Below are positions 18,010-28,130 of a stretch of DNA of 64,000 nucleotides, piece after piece (positions within the stretch are counted from its first letter, which is position 1; each line of letters begins with the position of its first letter). The notes beneath the pieces are model-generated. The model was not told the DNA's origin and ran no database searches. It saw only the letters and a program-made list of their open reading frames with translations. Location: assembly GCA_963727775.1 (NCBI GenBank), contig CAVSHB010000004.1, forward strand, positions 1 through 64,000, given 5' to 3'. This stretch comes from an uncultured Nitrospiraceae bacterium. Lineage in GTDB: Bacteria > Nitrospirota > Thermodesulfovibrionia > Thermodesulfovibrionales > SM23-35. Position numbers and translations under genes: made by a program.

Positions 18010-18933
18010 TCAAAGCGCTGAAATTATATGCTCTAAACTCTTTATATCTTCGACGTTCAGAATACTTGCCTCCGGGACTATTCTTTTTATAAGACCCGAC
18101 AATACTTTTCCGGGTCCTACTTCCACAAAAGTATTTATTCCCGAACCCGCCATAGCCTTTACAGAATCTTCCCATAACAGCGGACTATTGAGCTGGCGGA
18201 TGAGTGATGACTTTATTTCTTCAACGCTTCGGAGGAATAAGGCGTCTGCATTGTTTACTACAGGAACAGCCGGTTTTTTGAATTCGATTTCATCGAGTAT
18301 ACCGGAAAGCCTGTGTGAGGCGGCGTACATCAATTTACAATGAGACGGAACGCTGACCGACAAAGCGATTGCGCGCTTTGCGCCCGCGTCTTTACATAGC
18401 TTTATGGCCTCTTCAACGGCAATTTTCTCTCCTGCGATCACTATCTGGCCGGGACAATTATAATTGGCAGGGGCCGCATATCCTGTTTGCAACGATGAAC
18501 ATATCTCGTTGACCTTATTTCTTTCCAGTCCGAGTATCGCCGCCATCAGCCCTTTCCCTTCAGGCACGGCCTCCTGCATGAACTGTCCCCTTTTTTCAGT
18601 AAGTCTTACCCCATCTGCAAACGACAAGCCCCCGGCAGCGACTAATGCCGAGTATTCACCGAGGCTGTGGCCTGCCACAACCGAGGGCTTTATACCTTTT
18701 GACAACAGTACCCTATAAATAGCAATGCTCGTTGTAAGAATACAGGGTTGTGTTCTGAACGTTTTATTAAGCTCTTCCACGGGACCGTTGAAAGATAAAG
18801 CCGCAACATCATATCCCAGGGCATCGGAAGCCGTTGTGAATATTTCCTGCGCTTCAGGAAATTTTTCATATATTTCTTTACCCATCCCGACATGTTGGGA
18901 ACCCTGGCCGGGGAATACAAAGGCGATTTTCAT
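18010..18933 (-). CDS. fabD: Malonyl-CoA:ACP transacylase
   Basis: AFVFPGQGSQ, GHSLGEY, ANYNCPGQIVIAG, VSVPSH, EVGPGKVL. Confidence 0.96.
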   Translation of the reverse strand: MKIAFVFPGQGSQHVGMGKEIYEKFPEAQEIFTTASDALGYDVAALSFNGPVEELNKTFRTQPCILTTSIAIYRVLLSKGIKPSVVAGHSLGEYSALVAAGGLSFADGVRLTEKRGQFMQEAVPEGKGLMAAILGLERNKVNEICSSLQTGYAAPANYNCPGQIVIAGEKIAVEEAIKLCKDAGAKRAIALSVSVPSHCKLMYAASHRLSGILDEIEFKKPAVPVVNNADALFLRSVEEIKSSLIRQLNSPLLWEDSVKAMAGSGINTFVEVGPGKVLSGLIKRIVPEASILNVEDIKSLEHIISAL

Positions 18934-18937
18934 TTTG

Positions 18938-20128
18938 TTATATCCCTTTCGATTCCTTTATCTTCTGTATCAGCAACGGCAAGATTTCATACAGGTCTCC
19001 GACAATACCGTATGATGCGACATTAAATATTGGGGCTTCAGGATTTTTATTGATCGCGATGATAATGTCCGATGACTGCATGCCGACCAAATGCTGGACG
19101 GCGCCCGAAATCCCACATGCAAAATATATCCTGGGACATACCGTCTTTCCAGTCTGACCCACCTGGTGCCTGTAGGGAATCCATCCCGAATCTACCGCGG
19201 CCCTTGAAGATCCGACAGCGCCTCCGAATAGTTCGGCAAGTTCCTGGAGGAGTTTAAATCCCTTAGGGTCTCCAAGGCCTCTTCCACCGGAGACAATAAT
19301 ATCGGCCTCCTGCAGATTGACCGTTATATCGGAGACTTCCTTTATTGTGTCCAGAACTTTCGTTCTGCAGGTCAACCCTTCAGCCTTAACTTCTATAACC
19401 TCTCCTTTATTGCCCTCATCATAATGGCCCCGCTTCATTACCCTCGGTCTTACGGTGGCCATCTGCGGCCTGTTATTCGGGCAGAGGATCGTCGCCATTA
19501 TGTTCCCGCCGAATGCAGGCCGGACCTGGAGCAAGTTACCGGTCTCTTTATCTACTGAAAGCGACGTACAATCAGCGGTCAGCCCGGTCCTCAATCTTGC
19601 CGCTACCCTCGGGATGAAAGAGCGGCCTATCGGTGTTGCACCGGCGAGGACTATCTCCGGTTTATGTTCTTTTATGAGTGATGTGAGCAGCTGTGAATAA
19701 GGCTCATCATTAAATTTTTCCACCATCGGATCTTTTGATATATATACCTTATCCGCACCCCATTTTATAAGCTCCTTTGCTGCATCGTCGGATGGTCCAA
19801 AAAGGACTGCGGAAAGCTCTGTTTTCATATCGTCAGCAAGCTTTTTGCCGATACCCAAAAGCTCATAGGCAACAGGGGAAACCTTGCCGCCTCGTTGCTC
19901 TGCAAAAATCCACACGCCTTTGAACCCCGTGATATGAGCGCCTGCGGGTGATTCTTTCTCAGTTTCAATAATAGCGCCTTCGGGACAGACATTGACGCAG
20001 GTCATGCATGCCTCACAGTATTCATTTACGAATGCTTTGCCCTCCTTCATGACAAGCGCATCAAACGGACACGAAGCAAGGCATTCTTCACAGCCTTTGC
20101 ACTTATTTATATCGACAATTACAGGCAT
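18938..20128 (-). CDS. etfA: Electron transfer flavoprotein alpha subunit with an N-terminal 2[4Fe-4S] ferredoxin domain
   Basis: Two CxxCxxCxxxCP motifs, GLTADCT, RPAFGGN, QVGQTGKTV, GISGAVQH. Confidence 0.95.
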   Translation of the reverse strand: MPVIVDINKCKGCEECLASCPFDALVMKEGKAFVNEYCEACMTCVNVCPEGAIIETEKESPAGAHITGFKGVWIFAEQRGGKVSPVAYELLGIGKKLADDMKTELSAVLFGPSDDAAKELIKWGADKVYISKDPMVEKFNDEPYSQLLTSLIKEHKPEIVLAGATPIGRSFIPRVAARLRTGLTADCTSLSVDKETGNLLQVRPAFGGNIMATILCPNNRPQMATVRPRVMKRGHYDEGNKGEVIEVKAEGLTCRTKVLDTIKEVSDITVNLQEADIIVSGGRGLGDPKGFKLLQELAELFGGAVGSSRAAVDSGWIPYRHQVGQTGKTVCPRIYFACGISGAVQHLVGMQSSDIIIAINKNPEAPIFNVASYGIVGDLYEILPLLIQKIKESKGI

Positions 20129-20901
20129 TTTATCTCCTTCAGTTCCTGCATTAAGGCATACACCTGTTCTTCAGGCGTGCCTTCAAGCATTTTCTTATCG
20201 GACCTTGCTTCGGGTGTAAAAATATTTTTAACCTGTGTAGGCGATCCCTTAAGACCAAGATCGTTCTCATCAGCCATAATATCCGCCTGCCCCCATTTCT
20301 TTATTACAGCCTTCTTGGCAGCCATCTTGCCTTTTAATGACGGCAGCCTCGGTTCATTCAATTCCCTTACTACCGTCAGAAGCACAGGGCACGGGGATTC
20401 AACAATGTCATAGCCCTCGTCCATCATCCTCTGAACCCTTACAGAGCTCTGCGTAACATCTTCAATTTTTCTCACGTATGAGATATGAGGGATATTCAGG
20501 AATTCCGCAGTCTCAGGTCCTACCTGCGCCGTATCGCCGTCTATGGCCTGCTTGCCGCATATGATGATGCCGGCGTCAAGTTTGCCTATTGCCTTTGATA
20601 AGGTAAATGACGTTGCCCATGTGTCGGAGCCTGCAAATGTTCGGTCCGAAAGAAGTATGGCGTCATCGGCGCCCATTGATATTGCGTCTCTCAGGGCTGA
20701 CTCTGCCTGCGGGGGCCCCATGGTTAAGACGGTAACTTTTCCTCCGACCTTTTCCTTGATATGAATTCCGGCTTCAATGGCATGCATATCAAAAGGGTTG
20801 ATAATACTCGGGACCCCTTCTCTTATCAGAGTCCCTGTTTCCGGATTGATCTTAACTTCGGCTGTATCCGGGACCTGCTTAATACAGACAATGATATTCA
20901 T
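20119..20901 (-). CDS. etfB: Electron transfer flavoprotein beta subunit
   Basis: IVCIKQVPD, INPFD, AGSDTWAT, GKQAIDGDTAQVGP, EPRLPS. Confidence 0.95.
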   Translation of the reverse strand: MNIIVCIKQVPDTAEVKINPETGTLIREGVPSIINPFDMHAIEAGIHIKEKVGGKVTVLTMGPPQAESALRDAISMGADDAILLSDRTFAGSDTWATSFTLSKAIGKLDAGIIICGKQAIDGDTAQVGPETAEFLNIPHISYVRKIEDVTQSSVRVQRMMDEGYDIVESPCPVLLTVVRELNEPRLPSLKGKMAAKKAVIKKWGQADIMADENDLGLKGSPTQVKNIFTPEARSDKKMLEGTPEEQVYALMQELKEIKCL

Positions 20902-21005
20902 TATTTCTAATCCTTTCACGATAATTATTATCTATTCTTAAAGGCTGGATTAATATTATACGACGACGATTTTATTGATGTAAAGAAAACCGACAAACAT
21001 TATGT

Positions 21006-21710
21006 TTATTTGAGCCCCACGCGGAAAAGGTAATTCAGATAGTTTAAGACGATCCCGTCCGGCTTAATCTCTTCCAGCTTAACGCCTTCCTGGATATCCT
21101 GCCCCTCTTTCCTTATCTTGCCGTTGATCTTCACCATCCTAGAATTCGGCTCATCGGAATAAATGTAGGCAGAGATAACAAAGGCTGGAAGTTTCTGCTG
21201 CAGAGGCAACGGCAGCTCACTAAGATTATATATTTTATCCGGCGCAGGATTAGGAATGATATTGCTTACTTCAGGCTTAAGTTCAGTCTGAACATTAGGA
21301 CTTTCCTGTGAATGCCGAGGTAGTGGTGGGGCGATCTCCTGTGCCACTTTCATCCTATCTGCCTGCGCCGTTTTCTCTAAAGCGGCCTTCGTCTTGATTT
21401 CATGCTTCTCACCGGCTTCTTTGCCTTCAATCTTGGCTGTGGCATAAGCCGGTTTCATTTCAATCGCTAGGGATTGTTTATCGGCAGGTAATTGTGCAAC
21501 CGGCAGGACTGTCTTTCTTGAATGCCACGGCTCAAACCACAGTACCAGCGCCACAACATTAATCATCAAAGCCCCCATGATCATATAAGTCCACAGAGGA
21601 CGTTTTCCTGTTCCCTTCAGTATGGCGTCCTTAGATCCCGGCAGGTCGGAAACCATGCCTTGAGTGCGCTTTTTCTCCGACTTTTTCAAAGCATCAAGAA
21701 TATAAGACAT
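21006..21710 (-). CDS. gspB: Type II secretion accessory protein GspB/ExeB
   Basis: MSYILDALKKSE N-terminus, TM segment, C-terminal YS..P.SRMVKING...EG. Confidence 0.88.
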   Translation of the reverse strand: MSYILDALKKSEKKRTQGMVSDLPGSKDAILKGTGKRPLWTYMIMGALMINVVALVLWFEPWHSRKTVLPVAQLPADKQSLAIEMKPAYATAKIEGKEAGEKHEIKTKAALEKTAQADRMKVAQEIAPPLPRHSQESPNVQTELKPEVSNIIPNPAPDKIYNLSELPLPLQQKLPAFVISAYIYSDEPNSRMVKINGKIRKEGQDIQEGVKLEEIKPDGIVLNYLNYLFRVGLK

Positions 21711-21716
21711 GATTCT

Positions 21717-23312
21717 TTATCCGCCAGTCCTTTTCAGCACAGGCTCGTCCTTTGCCGTCACGTTGTTCAGAAGGATTACCGTCCGGGCGCCCACAATACC
21801 GTCCGGAGCAAGACCCATTGCAAGCTGAAATTTTTTCACTTCATTTACCAGTTTCTCGCTGTACTTATTATTTTGATCGTTTCGAAGCTTCACACCATGG
21901 ACCAGAGACAAGCGCCCTTTCAGCCACAGGACCTCCGGCCCCCTGTATCCCGGATGGATTGCAATATTATAGTTTTCAGGGGGTCTCCAAAGCAAAACAT
22001 AATCTCCGTTCCATTTTTTATCGATCTCTTTCGTATCTACCGTCTGGTTTTCATCCCCGATTACCAAAGATGCCGTCCTATCCTGAATAGACATTATCGC
22101 GACATAAAACTCATGGCCTCCGTCAAAGATTTTAAGAACAGCCGGCCTGTTCAATCGGACCAATTCGCCGATATTACCACGTCTTTGGAAACATCGCAAC
22201 CCATTGTTTTCAGCCTGCCTGCATACCCTGCTGCCGCCTTCCGGCAGATATGTGACACCCCACTGTTTAAACAATGTTCCGTAAGCCATATCTCTGCTCT
22301 GCTCAATCGATTTGCCTGCAGGCCACTGTAATGTATCAACCTTTACGGATAACGCCTGCTTCGCTTCCCGAACGGGCACGCCCGGAGTCTTTACTGCTGC
22401 TTTATAATTGTAATACGCAGCTGACAGCGCCGCTCCGCACAGAACAATCGCAGCGCTGCTTACCGCCCATCGCAGTAGGTTCTTACGCCGTTTCCGCATG
22501 TCCTTTTGTCCGAATACCTCATGAGCAGCATTGATTAAAGTCCTTCTGTCAACCTTCTCTTTTCCCTGGACATAAGCCCCGAGCAGTGCCCTGTCACATA
22601 TAACGTTAACCAGGCGCGGGATACCCCTGCTCAGCCGATGTAAGGTACCAATAGTTGAATCTGGGAATATTTTATTGTTTGCCCCTGCAACAACAAGACG
22701 ATGGTTTATATATGCATCCGCTTCGTCTTTTGTCAAAGCCCCCATATGATAGCGGGCGGTTATACGTTGGGACAACTGTCTAAGATCAGGCCTTAACAGC
22801 ATATCTTTTAGCTCAGGCTGTCCTATCATGATTACCTGGAGTAACTTTTGCCGGTTTGTTTCGAGATTGGTAAGTAACCGGACCTGCTCCAAGACGTCGG
22901 CGGAAAGATTCTGTGCCTCTTCTATAATAAGCACTGTCTTGCGCCCTCTCGCGTGCGCATCGAGCAGATATTCATTTATACGGTCCACAAAAACTTTTAT
23001 ACTCTTGTTGCCATCCGGGTAGCCTATGCCCAGTTCATCACAAAAGGTGGCCAGCAGCTCCTCAACCGTCATCTTTGGGTTGAGAATAAACGCTATATAC
23101 GAAGTTTGAGGGATCTGCTCCAGCAGGCAGCGGCATATCGTCGTCTTGCCAGTTCCTACCTCTCCGGTCAACAGCACAAATCCGCCGTCACTGTTGATCC
23201 CGTAAATAAGATGGGCCAGCGCCTCACTGTGCTGTTCACTCATATAGAGGAAACGCGGGTTCGGCGCAATGGAAAAAGGAAGTTCTTTAAATCCAAAATG
23301 TTGTTTATACAT
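21717..23312 (-). CDS. exeA: ExeA/GspA AAA ATPase with peptidoglycan-binding domain
   Basis: PFSIAPNPRFLY, GEVGTGKTT, EEAQNL, LTNLET, GQPEL, FQ...GL.PDGIVG. Confidence 0.92.
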   Translation of the reverse strand: MYKQHFGFKELPFSIAPNPRFLYMSEQHSEALAHLIYGINSDGGFVLLTGEVGTGKTTICRCLLEQIPQTSYIAFILNPKMTVEELLATFCDELGIGYPDGNKSIKVFVDRINEYLLDAHARGRKTVLIIEEAQNLSADVLEQVRLLTNLETNRQKLLQVIMIGQPELKDMLLRPDLRQLSQRITARYHMGALTKDEADAYINHRLVVAGANNKIFPDSTIGTLHRLSRGIPRLVNVICDRALLGAYVQGKEKVDRRTLINAAHEVFGQKDMRKRRKNLLRWAVSSAAIVLCGAALSAAYYNYKAAVKTPGVPVREAKQALSVKVDTLQWPAGKSIEQSRDMAYGTLFKQWGVTYLPEGGSRVCRQAENNGLRCFQRRGNIGELVRLNRPAVLKIFDGGHEFYVAIMSIQDRTASLVIGDENQTVDTKEIDKKWNGDYVLLWRPPENYNIAIHPGYRGPEVLWLKGRLSLVHGVKLRNDQNNKYSEKLVNEVKKFQLAMGLAPDGIVGARTVILLNNVTAKDEPVLKRTGG

Positions 23313-23375
23313 ATGGGAAGACTTCTCAGGTCTATTAAAATACTAATATAGTATCCGGGGAAAAAACAATCGCGG

Positions 23376-23765
23376 TCAAGCCGGGAGCGGAATATTCTTT
23401 TTAAGGATTATATGCAAATGTACCTTATCGTCTTTATCGGCATTATTAAATATATCGGTTGCAATGCGCTTCACCTCGTCGATATCATCTACGGCCAGTA
23501 CAATTCTCAGTCTGTTAAACCCTTTTTCGTCCCTCTCTTTCCTGCCGGCAGCAATAAGGACAGGCAGCATTTGTTTCACGGAACCAGAATTATCAGCCTC
23601 GACAACATAGACCAGGAGCCTGTTGCCGATATTTATCCAATTCCTCACTACAAAATCGTCTAATGCCGTATCAGACCTGCATTCTATGTATTGAAATACT
23701 TCTTCAGGGCAACCACACCCTAACGTCTTCTGGACAAAGGTCTTGATTGTTTTATGGTCTTTCAT
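23376..23765 (-). CDS. Hypothetical protein
   Basis: Clean 129-aa ORF with FVQKTLGCGCPEEVF and RD..GFNRLR motifs. Confidence 0.7.
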   Translation of the reverse strand: MKDHKTIKTFVQKTLGCGCPEEVFQYIECRSDTALDDFVVRNWINIGNRLLVYVVEADNSGSVKQMLPVLIAAGRKERDEKGFNRLRIVLAVDDIDEVKRIATDIFNNADKDDKVHLHIILKKNIPLPA

Positions 23766-23889
23766 TTGTTAATTATAGCTTATTGGTAAGGCAAAGAGGG
23801 TCCTTCAGCCGGCAACGGACTTATAACCGGTTTATTCCCACGCGCCATTATGTTGAACAAAATATAGTATCGTGGTATAAATAGCGTTA

Positions 23890-24975
23890 ATGAACAGGAA
23901 AAAAAATACAATTCTCATCGTTGATGATGATCCTTTTATCCTTGGGTCGGCTTCTTCCCTGATAGAGGAATTCGGATATTCAGTCTTGACCAGCGGAAAT
24001 GCCGCAGATGCCATAGCCAGGTTTCAGGAAAATGGAATTGATGTGGTTTTGACCGACATAAATATGCCGGAAGTTTCAGGGATTGAGCTCCTTGAAAAGA
24101 TCCATATTATAAATCCGGAAATGCCTGTAATACTTATGACTGCATACGCTGAATTAGAGGTAGCGGTTGACGCCGTGAGAAAGGGCGCATTTGATTTTAT
24201 TATAAAACCTTATAAACCCGACAATCTCAGGTACTCGCTTGAGAAGGCATTCAAATATTGCAGGCTCTTGAATATGGAGAGAAATTATAAATATCTTCTC
24301 GAAGAAACCGTGCGAGAGAGGACAAAAGAGTTAACGGACGCCTTAAGGATGGTCAAAGATATACGCAGGGAAATCATTGAACGTTTGACTTCAATTGCTG
24401 AATTCAGGGACACCGAAACCGGGGCGCACATTTCCCGTATGAGTCTTTATGCAAAAAAAGTTGCCAAGACTCTTAATATGCCTCACGCGTTTATTGAAAC
24501 AATATCATTTGCAAGCTCATTACATGATATTGGAAAGATCGGCATACCCGACAACGTCCTCTTAAAACCGGGTCGTCTTACGAAAGAAGAGTTTGAAGTA
24601 ATAAAAGGACACACTACTATCGGGGAAAGGATGCTTTCCGGGTCGGAATATGTGGATATGCAAATGGCGGCGTCTATTGCCCTGAACCATCACGAAAGAT
24701 GGGACGGCAAAGGGTATCCGAGAGGCTTAAAAGGCGAGGCAATACCTATTGAGGCAAGGATTGTTATGCTCGCAGATCAATATGACGCACTAAGAAGCAC
24801 GAGACCGTATAAACCGCCATTAGACCATGAGGATGTTTTCAGAATAATAACGGAAGGGGACGGCAGGACAATGCCTGAGCATTTCGATCCGAAGATATTG
24901 GATGTATTCATTACGGTTGCCCCGATATTTGAGATTATATTTAATGAGCATCAGGATCCCCGGCATGATAAATAA
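23890..24975 (+). CDS. Response regulator with HD-GYP c-di-GMP phosphodiesterase domain
   Basis: ILIVDDD, TDINMP, KP receiver motifs. [25 protein letters not shown]. Confidence 0.93.
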   Translation: MNRKKNTILIVDDDPFILGSASSLIEEFGYSVLTSGNAADAIARFQENGIDVVLTDINMPEVSGIELLEKIHIINPEMPVILMTAYAELEVAVDAVRKGAFDFIIKPYKPDNLRYSLEKAFKYCRLLNMERNYKYLLEETVRERTKELTDALRMVKDIRREIIERLTSIAEFRDTETGAHISRMSLYAKKVAKTLNMPHAFIETISFASSLHDIGKIGIPDNVLLKPGRLTKEEFEVIKGHTTIGERMLSGSEYVDMQMAASIALNHHERWDGKGYPRGLKGEAIPIEARIVMLADQYDALRSTRPYKPPLDHEDVFRIITEGDGRTMPEHFDPKILDVFITVAPIFEIIFNEHQDPRHDK

Positions 24976-25014
24976 TGGCGGACGCAGAATTTGAGCGGCT
25001 TTAAATTCTTCTGA

Positions 25015-25218
25015 TTAATCCTCTGTGAGGAAATCCTTCAGCTTTTCCGCTAATGAATCCGGCCAAATCTCTTCATAAAGGATTGCGTTTGTCTCCTCAA
25101 TAGTGAGAGATTTCTTTATTTCACGCGGCAACATTTTAAGTATCTGAACCCTTCCCGGATCAACTTTTCTGCCTTTAGAATTTTCTTTTTCCATGATAAC
25201 CTCTTTTCTTTTTTTCAT
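25015..25218 (-). CDS. Small hypothetical protein (start probably MEKE at 25194)
   Basis: GAGG RBS before the second Met, co-directional downstream of ade. Confidence 0.55.
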   Translation of the reverse strand: MKKRKEVIMEKENSKGRKVDPGRVQILKMLPREIKKSLTIEETNAILYEEIWPDSLAEKLKDFLTED

Positions 25219-25263
25219 ATATTGTCAAAACTTAAACACAGAGAACATTCGACATCATCTATT

Positions 25264-26892
25264 CTATTCAAAAATATCTATAAACTGGAAGGTATCACCG
25301 TCAAATAACCCTTTGTCGCTCATTTTTATTCTGGGAATAACAAGTAAGGCCATGAATGATAAGGTCATATATGGAGCATGCAGGAGAGAGCCCAAAGATT
25401 TGGATATGTTATTAATAGAAGCATAGTCTTCGGCAATCTTATAATACTCTCTATCGCTCATAATTCCCGCAACCGGCAATGGAAGTATCTTTTCCTCCTC
25501 TCCGTATACGGCGCTGACGCCTCCCTTTTCTCTAATGACCAGATTGACCGCGCGGCAAATGTCATCGTCTGTAACGCCCACGGCAATAATGTTGTGCGAG
25601 TCATGAGCGATGCTGGATGCTATGGCCCCTTTTTTCAGACCGAAATTCTTTACAAAACCTATTGCCGGTTTTGAATTGTTATACCGGGTTACCACCGTCA
25701 TTTTCAGGATGTCTCTCTCTGCATCGGACACAACATTTCCACCAACTGCCTTTGGAGTTGCGACAAGCTTGTTCGTAATTAAACTCCCGTCTACGGCTTC
25801 TATAACGCGTATCTTACCTTTGTTATACGAAAGATAAAAATCGGCGGCGTTTTTTTGTACCGCGTTGAAATTGTTCATAATCACCGGTGCTTTTCGGCCT
25901 CTTAAAGGCCTGCCTTCCTCTGCAACAATTTCACCATTGATAAAGGTTTTCAATATATTAAAATCCTTTAAATTATCGACAACAACAAAATCGGCCCTGT
26001 CTGATTTGCGCAACAATCCGACATCCAACCCGTAATGTAAGACAGGGTTAACACATGCGGCCCTCAGTACCTTCATTATGTAGATGCCGTGTTCCAGGGC
26101 CTTTTTTACCATCTCATTTATGTGCCCTTTGACGAGATCGTCAGGATGTTTGTCATCGCTGCAAAACATGCAGCTGTTATAGTGCTTTTCCAAAATGGGA
26201 CAAAGCTCATTCAGGATACCGGCGGCAGATCCCTCTCTGATCTGGATCTTCATTCCAAGTCCGATCTTCTCCATTGCCTCTTCTTTTGTAAAACATTCAT
26301 GGTCTGTGGATATGCCGGCCTGAACATATTTTTCAAGGTCTCTACCTCTCAATCCCGGCGCATGACCGTCGATCATTTTCGAATATTTTTTGGCGATGGC
26401 TATTTTTCTCATTATTTCCGCATCGCCGTTTATCACTCCCGGAAAATTCATTACCTCAGCCAAATACTTTATTTCTTTCATTTTCATGAGCTCATCAATT
26501 TGATCGGGACCTATGACCGCCCCGCTCGTCTCAAAACCGGTCGCAGGCACACAGGATGGAGCTCCAAAATAAATTTTCATAGCAGACGCCTTAGCATCTT
26601 CTATCATGTACTTTACTCCCGCAACTCCCAGGACATTTGCTATCTCATGCGGATCAGCGACCGCGGCCACAGTCCCATGAGTTATTGCCGCCCTTGCAAA
26701 CTCCGAGGGGACAAGCATCGAACTCTCTATATGGGCGTGCGAGTCAATGAAACCCGGAATAATATAAGTGTCATACGGACCTGTATCCCTGACAATATCC
26801 ACTATGCTGCCGTCGATAATCTTCAATTTGCCCGGGTAGATCTCGGAGTTCAAGACATCAACAATATTGCCCGAAACGGTCTTTATATTCAT
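25264..26892 (-). CDS. ade: Adenine deaminase
   Basis: PGFIDSHAHIESS, DPHEIANV, DGHAP, TDHE, SDDKHP, AHDSHN. Confidence 0.95.
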   Translation of the reverse strand: MNIKTVSGNIVDVLNSEIYPGKLKIIDGSIVDIVRDTGPYDTYIIPGFIDSHAHIESSMLVPSEFARAAITHGTVAAVADPHEIANVLGVAGVKYMIEDAKASAMKIYFGAPSCVPATGFETSGAVIGPDQIDELMKMKEIKYLAEVMNFPGVINGDAEIMRKIAIAKKYSKMIDGHAPGLRGRDLEKYVQAGISTDHECFTKEEAMEKIGLGMKIQIREGSAAGILNELCPILEKHYNSCMFCSDDKHPDDLVKGHINEMVKKALEHGIYIMKVLRAACVNPVLHYGLDVGLLRKSDRADFVVVDNLKDFNILKTFINGEIVAEEGRPLRGRKAPVIMNNFNAVQKNAADFYLSYNKGKIRVIEAVDGSLITNKLVATPKAVGGNVVSDAERDILKMTVVTRYNNSKPAIGFVKNFGLKKGAIASSIAHDSHNIIAVGVTDDDICRAVNLVIREKGGVSAVYGEEEKILPLPVAGIMSDREYYKIAEDYASINNISKSLGSLLHAPYMTLSFMALLVIPRIKMSDKGLFDGDTFQFIDIFE

Positions 26893-27212
26893 AATTTGCC
26901 TCTATTAATTAAATTATTTAATTTTACACTATCAGATATATTTGCAACTTATCAATTTTTCAGTATAATCTGATGAAGAGCTTTGGTAATCTTTCGGGCA
27001 TTGTGACTTCAGATATGGCAATTTTCCCGTTTAATGGTTTCCGTTAGCTCTTTTTTTCTTTAAAAATTAAAGTGTTATATCATGGTATCTCTTTTGCTAT
27101 CTGATTATATAACTTTTTTATTATACTGTGGAAACATACAGAGAGAAAAATAATTTGATGTTTTCGAGGGTGGAAAAAATTGAGCAAGAGTTCTTAAGCA
27201 GAGGTTGAGATA

Positions 27213-28130
27213 ATGAAACTCGGGTACATCGGCTTAGGTAAAATGGGATCCAATATGGTGGAGCGTCTTCTCGAACGGAGATACGAGGTCACTGTTTTTG
27301 ATGCAAACAAAGGTGCTGTAACGGATATTTTAAAACGTGGAGCAAACCCGGCGAGTTCATTGAAATCGTTGATTTCAGAACTTATCCAACCCCGCCTAAT
27401 ATGGCTGATGGTCCCGCATCAGGCTGTAGAAACGGTGCTTCAGGGACTAATCCCTCTGCTTCAGGAAGGTGATACGGTAATAGACGGAGGTAATTCCCCT
27501 TATAAAGATTCAATGAGAAGGGCAGCGGAATTAGAGAAAAAAGGGATTGGTTTTTTAGACGCAGGCGTAAGCGGAGGCCCGGGCGGCGCGAGAAACGGCG
27601 CCTGCATAATGGTCGGCGGCAAGAAAGACATTTTCGATAAATATGAGGACCTCTTCAAAGATCTATCAGCAGAAAAGGGCTATGGATACATGGGCAAATC
27701 CGGTACAGGCCATTTTGTGAAGATGGTACATAACGGAATCGAATATGGAATGATGCAGTCCCTTGCAGAGGGTTTCGCGGTCTTAAGGGCTTCCCCATTC
27801 AATTTAGATTTACTAAATATTGCGGAATTATATAACCACAAAAGTGTCATCGAGTCACGCCTTGTAGGATGGCTCAAAGATGCCTTTGCGCAATATGGAG
27901 AAGACCTGACCGATATCGCGGGTTCCGTGTCGCAAAGCGGGGAAGGACTCTGGACTGTCGAGGCTGCCAAGGAGACCGGGATTCCGGTCCCCGTTATTGA
28001 AGGGGCGCTCAATTTCAGGATCCAGTCACAGGGTAAGCCGAGTTATACCGGCCGGCTCATTTCCGCCCTGCGAAATCAATTCGGAGGGCATGAAGTCTAT
28101 AAAAAAGGACAGGAGAAAAAGAATGGCTGA
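27213..28130 (+). CDS. gnd: 6-phosphogluconate dehydrogenase, short-chain decarboxylating (NAD-type)
   Basis: GLGKMG, IDGGNS, GVSGG, KMVHNGIEYG, ALRNQFGGH. Confidence 0.94.
   Translation: MKLGYIGLGKMGSNMVERLLERRYEVTVFDANKGAVTDILKRGANPASSLKSLISELIQPRLIWLMVPHQAVETVLQGLIPLLQEGDTVIDGGNSPYKDSMRRAAELEKKGIGFLDAGVSGGPGGARNGACIMVGGKKDIFDKYEDLFKDLSAEKGYGYMGKSGTGHFVKMVHNGIEYGMMQSLAEGFAVLRASPFNLDLLNIAELYNHKSVIESRLVGWLKDAFAQYGEDLTDIAGSVSQSGEGLWTVEAAKETGIPVPVIEGALNFRIQSQGKPSYTGRLISALRNQFGGHEVYKKGQEKKNG

Noticed and set aside
26089..26973. 294-aa plus-strand ORF (similarly 21522-22331 and 12668-13282)
   Set aside because: Antisense shadows of ade, exeA and the IS110 recombinase.
27997..28122. Long N-terminal extensions of tkt, zwf (30740), nuoB (33334) and nuoM (44785) in the ORF track
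   Set aside because: They overlap upstream genes; downstream ATGs with RBS or stop-start coupling fit family lengths better.
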